Assembly: GCF_964355755.1 (NCBI RefSeq)
Contig: NC_092676.1
Span: 20,974,871 to 21,038,870 of the forward strand
Direction: 5' to 3'
Length of the DNA: 64,000 nucleotides
DNA from: Antedon mediterranea
Lineage: Eukaryota > Animalia > Echinodermata
Below, piece by piece: positions 39,201 through 50,161 of this stretch (the stretch's first letter is position 1; every line of letters begins with the position of its first letter). The notes under the pieces are model-generated. The model worked only from the letters and a program-made list of their open reading frames with translations, did not search any database and was not told where the DNA came from. Made by a program: the position numbers and the translations under genes.

Positions 39201-42200
39201 GACTTCCTTGGATAAAGCGACAAACAGATAAAAATGTGTTGAAAGCAATTACTACTGTAGTTGCTTACAATGTGAATAATTACTTCACCTGCTCTTTGTA
39301 ACAAATAATTCACTTAGTAATTGATAGCTAAATTGATTTTCTCTTAGATGTATACCTACAAAAATCCACAGTAGCAAAACTGTTACTGTATGATATGTTT
39401 TATAGATTATATTTTACCAAGAAGTTCCCACTTTGGCCCATGGTTCCTTCTCAAGGGCTGTCAAGTATTTAGTTAACAGTTGGTGGATTTTTATTCTAAA
39501 AAACCTGTCCATATATAAAGTTAATTATAATGTATTATAATTATAAATGGTCGAAGGAAATTATAAATGGATAGTATAATGTTATGTATGTGATTGTGAG
39601 ATTACCAAGAAGTTCCCACTTCTGTGTTGTGCCTTTGGCCCATGGTTTCCTCTTGAGCTGTCAAATTTTTAGTTAACAGTGGGTGCATTTTTATTCTAAA
39701 TAATCTGTCCATATACAGTTACCATATTAAATGTATTATATTATAAAGGGATAGTATAATGATTTGTATACTTAGATTATTACATTATCAACCATAGTCA
39801 ATACTTCTATTGACTATGTATCAACTAAACATTAGTATGCATAATGTCCAACATAGTTTCACTGCATTAAACTTAATATAACCTGACCTGAATCATTATC
39901 AACTTACTTGTTATGCAGTGCATGTGACCAGAGTCATTATCAATCAACTCACGCAAACCAATGCATATCTATGCTGCACTATATAGTGATCGACACTATT
40001 GTCATGGATTTTTTTTGTGCTTGCCAATCCACAATTGTGCCTGTTTTGAATCTATTGCTCAGATCTCAAAATGAAAGGTTAATTGTGAATATAAATTCAT
40101 GTACACTTTTTACCCATTTGATTTTGTGACATATGGCTGGCAATCTGAATTTTAATATTGGATTGTCACCTCTTTCATCATAGACCGTACCTACCTTTAT
40201 AAGTACTCAATTTCATACAAAATTTGAATATATTATTGTTGAGACAATTCTTTTTCATGCATTTCATTTAATTTTATTTGTTGTTATTTTCATAGGAGAA
40301 AGTTGGTGTCCATCCATTAATGTTTATCACTCCATGGTTTATGTGCCTGTATACATCATTACCATGTTGGGACACAGTGCTATCAATATGGGATCATCTT
40401 ATAATGCAAGGTACAGTAATTCTTACTGTTTTTCACATATGTCTCTGTATCTCTATCACAACTATTCTTCACTTGTCTATGTTGTACCAGTGTTTATTTT
40501 GTGTAATTGTACCTGTATAAAACCAAGGCAATCTAACAACAGGATGCTGAGCTCCAGAGATCAAAGACTTTATCTGAGGCTGCGAAACGATCATTCTACA
40601 CCCTTAGCAGACACTGCTCGAAGAATGTACATACTGTTGGTATTTGTCGCAGCCAGACATAAGATCAAAGGATTGTTACTATTTCTTATCTTGGCAAGTT
40701 GAGCTCAGTGTGCTATTGTTAGACTGCCTTGATAAACCAAGATAGACCATTATACTATAATGGTCACCTCTAAGCATTTCACATTTCCAGTCACTTGACA
40801 GGTACTGTAAAAGAATAAAGAAAATTCATATTTTATTTTATTTTAATTTATTCGGTTTCAAAATAAGATTACACAGGACAATAGGTAGAGTAGTATGGCA
40901 TTATATACATTGCACCAGAACTGTTTCATTTTTCATGAGGGGTGTCTATGTGGAATAATTCTGTAGTAAACGAACATTCAGATTAATTCAAATAACTTAT
41001 ACTTTTATGTGTTTAGGAGTTACAGTTATTTTTCGAGTTGGCCTCGCATTGTTGGAAATCATTGAAGATAAAATTATGTCCACCACAGATATGTCACTGA
41101 TCTTGCCTTCCCTACTTCATGTGCCAGTGGCTTAGTGAGTACCTATACATATTTTTCATGCTTTAAAAATTAGTTTGGTATAAACTACTTTTCTGTATAT
41201 TGCTGTGTTTTTTCTACTAGGAGACCGAAGACCTGTTTACACTAAGCATGATAAAAAATGATACATTTTTTATTGACGTTTGTTATCATTCTAGTATAAA
41301 CAGGCTTTTAGAAGACCGCAAACTGTTTATCATGGATGTGGCTGAGTTTAAAGAAAGTTATTGCTTTAAACTTGCTCTAGTAAAATTGAAATTTTAATAA
41401 ACCATACAAAGGAATCATGAATCCATTTTATAATTAGAATTCAAATCAAGTAGTGGTTGTATTTTTTACAGTGCAAAGTCAGATAGCTTATTACCAGTAC
41501 TCTGGGAGACGACAGTCCATCGGTGGGAGATTGACAGCATACAAGCTATTGTTGATGAAGAGATTGAGAAAGCGAAACAAGGTAAGAGGTAAACTAGTTC
41601 AAGAAGGGTTAATAGTGGTTGCAAAACCAGTAGAAACTATATTGGCCTAAATTACATACAGGTTTGAAAGTGCACATTAACAAAATCTTCAGGATCCTAA
41701 AACCCTGTCTACACTATCAAACAGCAAAATGTGATGTGCCCATATATGCACATGCTGATGTCATATCACTACCATATTTGGGCATATCACTACCATATTT
41801 AGGCACATCACACACAACACAATGATATTTCCAATGAAGCCGCAATTATTGCCAGACATTGCTTAATGTGCACTACACTATTATTGTAACCACAGCTACG
41901 TTTGTAAATTTGTATTTTACTACGGATCGCACCGGTCATATATCTATCCTGTACAAGTCTTGTACAGTCAACTCTCCCAATACCGGACACCTTTGGGCCG
42001 GCCAAATAAGTCTGGTTTTCGGAATGTGTTTTTAATGGTAAAAATAAATTTGGGACCTTTTGGTCCTCAAAAAAAGTCTGGTATTGGGAGAGTTTCTGGT
42101 TTTCAGAGAGTCCGGTATTGGGAGAGTTGACTGTACCTCTTTGATCATATACTATATTTAATTGTTTATATTGACAATGTTTTTGCACTTTTTGATTTGC

Positions 42201-45200
42201 ATTTCAAATGCTACACACTTGTACTACACTATTACAATATTCATTCATTTTTTTTAATTCATGAGCAAAATGTGCATTTTGTTTTGCTTGTTTTATTCAG
42301 CATGGTTTTGCAATGCTTTTGTGTGTGTTTATGCAATTTACCAATATTAAAAAGTTTTTTCCAACTTTACAATTAATAACAATTAGGGTTTTCCTATAAT
42401 TTAATATAGTTACTTATATTATATGGATTTAGAGACTTTAGATAATAATAATAGTTAAAATGAAAAACATACATATAATAATCAACTTTGTCTGGATAGA
42501 CCAACTACACAGAAAATATATTCAGTTCTATATGGCTAATAGAAAACATAATGAAAATGTCAGAAGTCGCAATATGAAGGATGATATCCAATTAAGTGTA
42601 ATGTACAGTCAGAATCTTACCAATCTAGGTTAACCATAACCCATTTAATACACAGGAAAAACAATATTAAAAACATAAAAAAAAAAAAATGTTCACAAAT
42701 AGTAGATAATTCAGTTTTATTTTTACGGAATATTATAAAATATTGTTTATGTTGTTTTTTATTTCTGAACTCAAATCAATTTTAGTTTTAAATATTTCTA
42801 ATTTTTTATTTATTGTTTTTGCTCTATGTTAGTAGATGTTATGATTGTTTGTTTTCTTTACTCTTTTTACCCTTTCTTTTAAATTTTCCTCCTTGTTGCT
42901 AAGATTAAGAACACATTTAGGAATGTACTTTAGAGACACAGACATCTTGTGAATGTTGCTTGAGTATTTCAATTTCTATCACCTTCTTGTACTGTGCTTT
43001 TTCTTGAAAGAAATTGTATGTTTTTTAAGAATATAGATTTATTGAATTGGTGGAGGAAAGCTTCCTTGTCAAAAATGATTCTATTGCAGAGCCCGTTTTA
43101 GTATTAGTCCAGTAGAATACATATTAGTTAAATTACTACTATCAATTTGTTATACTAAGTTGGACACTTAGTGAAATGTGTCTTTCTTTCCATTGCCTCG
43201 ATGTAGCCTCTATGTGTGTGAAGGCCTTAAAACGATGGCGAAGAGGAGGCAGATTGCAACAACTGGCCCTGGAGCCTAACTTTTTTCATGGCGATCTGGC
43301 AGCTCTCTCCTCCAATGCTGTCGCTGGTAACTGTTGCATACAGTAACTCACGGCAACACTTCTTCTCTGTTGTAAATGTTCTCTCAGAAAAAATTACTGA
43401 AATATACGTGTTTACCATTGTAATCTAGTATTATAATCTCAGTACTACAAAACCATATTTTTTCCTTTGTGATCAGTAATCCATATTACTAATATGTGTT
43501 TAGGTGGTGTTCAGGCAGGTTTAATTACTATGGAGAAATTTAAATTACTTTTGTGTGTTTTTTTACAGTAAGTTCCCTAATTCCAAATTTAAAACATGTG
43601 CCATTAACTAATGGTTGTTTTAGCATATGCCATTTTTCTCAGCAAATAAATCTTTATACCTGCAGGAGAAAATTCCAGTTTATAAACCAGTTATAAATTT
43701 CTAATCAAATCCATTTGAAATTAACTGGTTTTACTGTAATTTGGTTATTGTAGTAACTGGTTTACTGGTATAAACTGGTTAAATATTCCAATTGATTATC
43801 ATTAGTGTAAAACCAGTTTAAAGCATGTCATTTGGTTACTAATATTCAGAGGTGTCTGGAACTGGGAATTTTCTTTATTAACTAAAGTAGACACTAGAGT
43901 ACATTTTACAAAGTTCTTATTTCCTAGAATATTAGAAAATTGAATAAAAAAACATATATATTTTGTAGAAAGTAGAATATCATGAATCAAATTCAGTTTG
44001 CAGTTGGAAATATTTAACACAATTAAAATGTACTTATGTATTATATATTTATAGGAATTTAATTATATTTATCTAAATAGGCTATTTATTATTATGAACT
44101 TCACTTAAAATTTAAAGTTTATTTATTTTTATGGTATCATATATCTTATTTTTATTGCTATAACTATACTATATTACGACTAAACAATATATTAATATAT
44201 TACCTACATTGTAAACAAATTATGTGTTAGATAATTAGTACAATACTAGAATACGATGCTATAGAGAGGTTGGCATCAGTTCCCACAAATCGTGGGCAAG
44301 TAGAATTAATGTAGCATCAGTTTTCACATGCTGAGGGCAAGTAGAGATTAAATTTCCATAATCACTAGTAGTTTCATAGATAACAAAAATATATAAAACA
44401 TTGTATATCTAAGATTGAAAAAGGTCACCCCAAACATCATTTTAAGTCAACCCTTCTGGTAAACACTTAGATTGTAAACTTGGGTGAGGAGGCAGTGGGG
44501 TGTAAGGGGAAGGGGAGTGGATGTAAGGGGAGAGTGAATCTTTGTAAATAAAAATGCTAAAATAATGTTCAATCATTTGCATTTTATTTTGACAAATATA
44601 AAATGTTTTAAGATTATAAATCAAGGAAAATAAATACTACCTGCATACACAAGTAAAACAAAAATATTTATTTTTTCATTGTTCCCTCACATATAATTTT
44701 CATAATTGATAAGGAGCTTACATGTAACGTATATAACCTTGCTCCTTCAGTTTGTACCTTCTGACTCCCCTCTTCTTAATCTCTGTCTACAGTATCAAAC
44801 TTTATGTGATGTGCCCATATATGGACATGAGGAGTCATATCACTACCATATTTAAGCATATCACTACCATATTTGGGCACATAAAACTTTTTTGTCAAAC
44901 TAGTTTGATAGTGTAGACAGGGCTTTAGATTAGTCATGTCATGCGAAATACTATACCCATAATGCATCATGCACTATTTAAGACCATAATTACCATTAAC
45001 ATATCTTCGCATCATATCATACCCATACATTCATATCATTTCCCATAATGCATCATGCGATATCCACTGGCATGGCTTGTTTCATAATTTATTGAACTAT
45101 TTTTCAAAAAGCAATTTTATTTATTCTTATGAAATTACTAACAATTTGCATGATGGGCACTTGCAAAGAGCACAAATTGTATCACCATTACTAACCCTCA

Positions 45201-47823
45201 ACACTTGGCACTTTGATGCTTGCATTGACATCAAACATGGAATATTATCTGTCGGTGTGTGTGTCTGATACAGGTCGCAAGAGAGCTCTGATGGCAGATG
45301 AATATGAGCAAAAATCAAAGAGGCACAAGACAAACGCAGCAGAAGGTTAGTGTGGTTTTTGATTCAGTCAGATTACATCTTAAAGATATATTCTTCCCTT
45401 AAAAAAAACACAAAAAAAAAACTGGACAGACAATGGGATTCTGGTTTAACAGTTATCTCCAAAAAAAACCCCCAAAATTGTAATTCACAACAATGCACCA
45501 AAATTCTTTCCTACAATTTTGAAAACTGGACTTTCCAGTAAACCACAATTTGGCTTGGTATTGTGCAATTGTAGGTTGCACTGTTACTGATCTTAATACT
45601 ATTGAATTATACTACTGTGTATTTGCCTTTAAGGTTCATTGTTCAAGAGAATCGTCAACATCTTTACCCCTGCTAGTCAAAGACAGCAAGGACCATCATT
45701 GGGCAATAAATCACAAGTAGTAGCAACTAAAAAGAGAAAAGAGCGCCATCGCAAGTACCCAGGACATGTGGTCACCAGACAACAGACTAACCAAAAAGAA
45801 CAGGACGAAGTTTCATCCACCGAGAGACGTTTAAGTTCCGTCTCGATCTCGCCACCACCGAAAGAGAATGACGAGACGACAAATCCTTTGGCGTTTCAGA
45901 GCAAAGATATAACAATGAAAGCAAGTATTTAGATACCTTTTATCCCCTGTAATAAAATGTCAATTCAGTTACAATTCATTATGTGAACTTTTGCTGTAAA
46001 CCTCACTTTTACTTTGAAGACAAAGCTAATTTATGTCATTACTTATTTCTATACTACTGTATATACTTAGGCTCCATATGACACCAGGTATAGAGGACGG
46101 AATACAGGAAAAAACAACAGTGGAAATTCCAAAGCTTTACACACAGGGTAGGTGAGATTATTATACCCTTTTCATACCTGCAAAAAGTTAAACAAAGCAA
46201 CATCTTGCATAGTTAAAACAATTTTCTGGAAAAACAAGGGACCCCTGTGAAATCTCGAGAGAATTACCAGAAAATTCAAGAAAAACACTGATGAGAGACC
46301 TGTTTTTGTTTCGAGAAGTCCTGAGTTAAGATAAGATAACTTTTATTGATCCTCAAAATGGAAATTCATTGCTCGTCATAATAACAAAGAAAACACAATA
46401 AAAACAAATATAGCATAAAACCATTCATATAAAAACATCTAAAAAAATACAAGATAATATTATCTTCTTGACTTCCTGTTGTATGTACTGGATGATACCG
46501 GAGGGAGTTGTTCCTGCGAGCACGGTGCCCTGTTGTGAAACTGACCAATAATCATAGTAATCTAATAGCACTAAAAACTATGTTTTCTCCCGAGATTTCT
46601 CATGGTTCATGTATGATCAAACCTGGTTATAACTTGTTAAAAGTTATAACAATATATGCAGGTGTGAAAAGGGTATTAGAGGCATATCACATGCTAACTT
46701 TCTCTTGTTCTTGTTATTTAACTCCTGCTAAATTTCCAACAAAAACAGTAAGGTTTGAACATACACAGTTTAGTAAACCTTATTATTATACTCAATTCTT
46801 ATTAGATTCAAAGTTTATTATTTATATTTTATTTTTCTTGAATACTAACTACTTCAGTAGGGATGTAACCTTAAGTCCAAAGTCAACAAGAAGATGTTCC
46901 AAAGGCTTCCAATTTGATGGCGTACGTCGTAGTCCAAGAATCAGCAGTACAGACTATAGATCTAGGCTGGAGAAAAAGACCCTAGAAAACTGGAAGAATC
47001 CATTTAACACGCCCTCCAACAGAAAGCTGATAAGCAGGTAAAAAATAGAGACTCCTGGAGAGCAAACAGGGGAATCCCATAAAAAAATAATATGTATAGA
47101 ATAATATTCCTACCTGTACACTAGCCCAACTTGCTTATGACTGACTGATTTTCTAAACTAATGCTAAAACCATGCCCAAAATTATGGAACGCCTCCTCTG
47201 CCTTCAATTTTGTCGATAGGTGGCGGTATAAATTACACAATATTTGACTGCATGACGATTGGTGTGTACTGCATGACGATTGGTGTGTACTGAATGACGA
47301 TTGGTGTGTACTGCATGACGATTGGTGTGTACTGCATGACGTTTGGTGTGTACTGCATGACGATTGGTGTGTACTGCATGACGATTGGTATGTACTGCAT
47401 GACGATTGGTGTGTACTGCATGACGATTGGTGTGTGCCGAAAAATGCTAAAAACACATGAGGCCTCCAGCATTGGAGGGCCACTTGGGGTTCCTAAGCCA
47501 GGGGCCTCAGACCTCTGCGTTAATTGCACCACTGATTGTAATATTTCATAATTACTTTCTTTGTAGCTCAGCAAAGGTGCAACATGCTTTCAAGATGTTT
47601 CATACACCAACACCATTGAGAAATAACCAGGTACTGTAGATACATCAGTTTGTAGTTACAAACACCATATTAGCATACTTATAGTCTGCCATTTGTGTAA
47701 AATGATTAACATTGTTTGTTTTCTTACAAGCAGGGACGTTGTCTGCAGCCCAGTCCGTTCTTTTCCAGTCCAGAGATTGAAATGAGTACAATAGATACAC
47801 CAAGACAACCTCAAGATCCATGA
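33259..47823 (+). CDS. TBC-domain Rab GTPase-activating protein (~858 aa; EVI5/USP6NL/TBC1D10-like clade)
   Basis: Exons 33259-34046, 34671-34863, 36039-36198, 36893-37018, 37348-37471, 38116-38185, 40296-40410, 41017-41134, 41472-41581, (43207-43326 optional), 45274-45345, 45634-45920, 46071-46147, 46858-47037, 47567-47630, 47731-47823. Motifs DEYGF, RRGIPHHLRGKLW, arginine finger IxxDxxRTFP, glutamine finger YCQGM, WFMCLY..WD. Probable non-coding exon ending 32738. The 3' exons are less certain. Confidence 0.85.
35330..35652 (-). mobile_element. tRNA-derived SINE (MetaSINE-like)
   Basis: Minus strand: GAGTGAGTGGCCGAGCGGTTAAG (A box) ... GGTTCGAGGC (B box), GCACACTTTAAAGAACC core, (CAAA)n tail. 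Confidence 0.75.
36628..36809. mobile_element. Harbinger-like MITE
   Basis: TIR AAGGCCAGTTTACACAGAC / GTCTGTGTAAATTGGCCTT; a related partial copy at ~54757-54950. Confidence 0.65.
39410..39770. repeat. Intronic tandem duplication (~190-bp unit x2)
   Basis: TTACCAAGAAGTTCCCACTT...GGATAGTATAATG repeated with divergence at ~39414 and ~39602. Confidence 0.75.
40523..40732. mobile_element. MITE, second copy of the 28249 family
   Basis: CCAAGGCAATCTAACAACAGGATGCTGAGCTC ... GAGCTCAGTG..TTGTTAGACTGCCTTG. Confidence 0.7.
41965..42133. mobile_element. Tc1/mariner (pogo/Tigger-like) MITE
   Basis: TA|CAGTCAACTCTCCCAATACCGGAC ... GTCCGGTATTGGGAGAGTTGACTG|TA: perfect 24-bp TIR and TA target duplication. 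Confidence 0.85.
46165..46676. mobile_element. MITE with TIR TACCCTTTTCATACCTGCA
   Basis: TACCCTTTTCATACCTGCA ... TGCAGGTGTGAAAAGGGTA. Confidence 0.6.
47247..47436. repeat. 21-bp minisatellite (ACTGCATGACGATTGGTGTGT) x ~9, intronic
   Basis: Directly visible tandem array between TBC exons. Confidence 0.95.
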
Positions 47824-49243
47824 ATTGACAACTTTGACCAGGCTGAGGCTTAAGTAGCCCTAGGCCTACTAGTGATTGCTTTGTGTGCAAGAGTATTTAT
47901 TATATAAAGCTCTGTCTACACCATCAAACTTTATGTGACAAAAAATGTAATGTGCCCATATATGGACGTTATGGTGTCATATCACTACCATATTTGGGCA
48001 CATCACACTTGTTGTCAAACTAGTTTGATAGTGTAGACAGAACTTAAGATGTCTGTTTGATGCCTTCATTTTGATGTGATAAATAACACTTTGGTTTGTA
48101 GAACAATTAGTACTTACTAAAAATAAACTAAATGGCTGTGGTGAATCCATAGTAATTGATATTATATACATATTCAATAAGGTGATGAATATTTATCACC
48201 ATCATTGATGAATATTCATTATAATGATGAATATTCATTAAGATGATGATACATATCATGGTAATGATCACTGCAATTGTAATATAATTTTAACAGTACT
48301 TTACTAAATTTTATATAGAGATAAATGAAAAGGTTTATGCAAAATGGACACAGAGGAACCGTTGTAAGAATAAATTAAGTAGGCCTTCTGCAATAAAAGG
48401 TTTAAACAGTAATAAACTGCTCTTGGTACCAATAGACCTTTCCCATTTGGTTCTAAAGAAAAGGTAGATACGCAATTAAAGTAGTGCAGATACAGTGGTA
48501 CTAAGGTTTTACATTTCCATATAGGTGAATAAATACAATATTATGAATTAGGCAATGTTTTGAATGCAGCAGAATTGGAAAGTTTTATTTTGTATACGGA
48601 TCGTTACTGTTCTTGCTTCTAAAGAGGGCAGTTATACATTGAAATATATTTTGGGTATTTTGTGAAGATGGTAGGAACCAATCAAATCAAAGTTTAATCT
48701 AGATCAGGAGAAACCACAAGCATATTTCGGTAGTACTTTGTCAGTACTATACTAATGTCCATTGCATTGATTCACTATACTTCAGTTTGTTGATTCCTAA
48801 CCAAACAGATTTCAATGACATTTTTAGGATTTGGATTGTATAAGGTAACTTTTTTTTGTAGTCACATAGTGTGCCATGTACAGTAGTTTAATACAATTGC
48901 TGTGCGTGTAGTATGTCGTTATTACTTAATAAATATGAATTACAGTATGTCATATTGCTTTTGAAATATCTGAAAATCATACATACATTTTAAAAAACAA
49001 CTCGAGAGTCATCCAGTTAATCTGCTTTGGTGGACTTGACAATTGGCAAAGCTGTAAATTGTTAACAAAAAATTAAGAAGAAAACAAATTATTGCCTACA
49101 ATTATGTCGCGCTTTTGGTTGTTTTAATTAGAAACAAATACGCATTTTTGTTAGTACGATAATTAAATAAAATCTGAAAAACTATTTTATATTTAAAACT
49201 TTATAATTTTGATATAATTGTGATGAGAGACTGAATTTTGATG

Positions 49244-49304
49244 TAGCGCCCTCTATTATTGTATCTGCCTCTTTTTAATGGTGGACACACATTCGTGAAT
49301 TCAG
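49244..49304 (+). promoter_or_regulatory. RPS10: RPS10 promoter: TAGCGCCCTCT motif, TCT/5'TOP initiator and non-coding exon 1
   Basis: CCTCTTTTT at 49268-49276 fits the ribosomal-protein TCT motif; donor CAG|GTAGAA at 49304/49305. Confidence 0.7.
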
Positions 49305-50161
49305 GTAGAAATATCCTTACAATAAAATCAATCAACATCCGTGTTTGTAGCACCACTTTTGTCGAATAAATTGTTTATTTCATGTTATTATGTGTTGTGT
49401 TACGTTTTAGATTTAAAATAATCACAATATTTTGTCTAAAAACATTTTTTTCGGCAGTAGATTGTCCGCAATTATTTTTTTCTTGGGAGGCCGAATGTGC
49501 GTTGTGTACGTACGTTCAGCTGACTGACTAAAAAAGAAGCCTAGCTAGGCCTGGCCTAGGCTGGTAGTTGAAATATTCTGTTTAAAACAAACCTATCTTT
49601 TCCGTTGATTCATTTTCTTTTCCTATGTGACTTTGTTATCGTACCGATAAGGCTAGAGCAGGCCTAGCTAGGCCCCCAGTAGTAATGCCCAAGTCAAGTG
49701 CGACTGTTGCTGCGGGGGATTTCCGTTGAGAATGGCGTGCTGGACACGGGCGATCCTAGGCCTAGCTTACATGGAGGCCTACTAGACTTAAAAAAGGATA
49801 GACTAGTAGATTTGGCCCATATGTTCTAATTAGGCTAGGCCTAGTCTTCTGTTTTAATCAGCCTAGTCTTCTGTTTTAATCCGCCTAGGCTTAGTACTGT
49901 AACAGTGTAGTACTATTATTGTATTAATATAACTAGGCCCTAGCTATAGTAGAAGTCAGGTTTGTAAAGTTGTACAGTACATCTTTTACTATACTACTGG
50001 CCTAGCTAGCTAGGCCCAAGGGTAGGTAGCCCTACAATTTTCTAATATAGCCTAGTAAACACTACATAGGTGTAGTAAAATTGTAAATGAGGAAATAAAT
50101 TTACTAAAACTGGCACAATTGATTGACATCTTTTTTCTTAACCTACCTTTCTTTTTTTAGG

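Noticed and set aside
46288-46322. CTGATGA-GAGAC...GTTTC-GAGA hammerhead-like string
   Set aside because: GAAA box is broken and no convincing stem I, stem III or cleavage triplet is present.
47121-47574. Repetitive ORFs (THQSSCS, YTPIVMQ, GVYCMTI) and a superficially CRISPR-like array
   Set aside because: Head-to-tail 21-bp minisatellite with no spacers, in a eukaryotic intron.
49540-50060. Dense TAGGCCTA/CTAG palindromes in first introns (also ~32760-33250)
   Set aside because: The motif is scattered across the whole window as a compositional bias; no discrete element can be defined.
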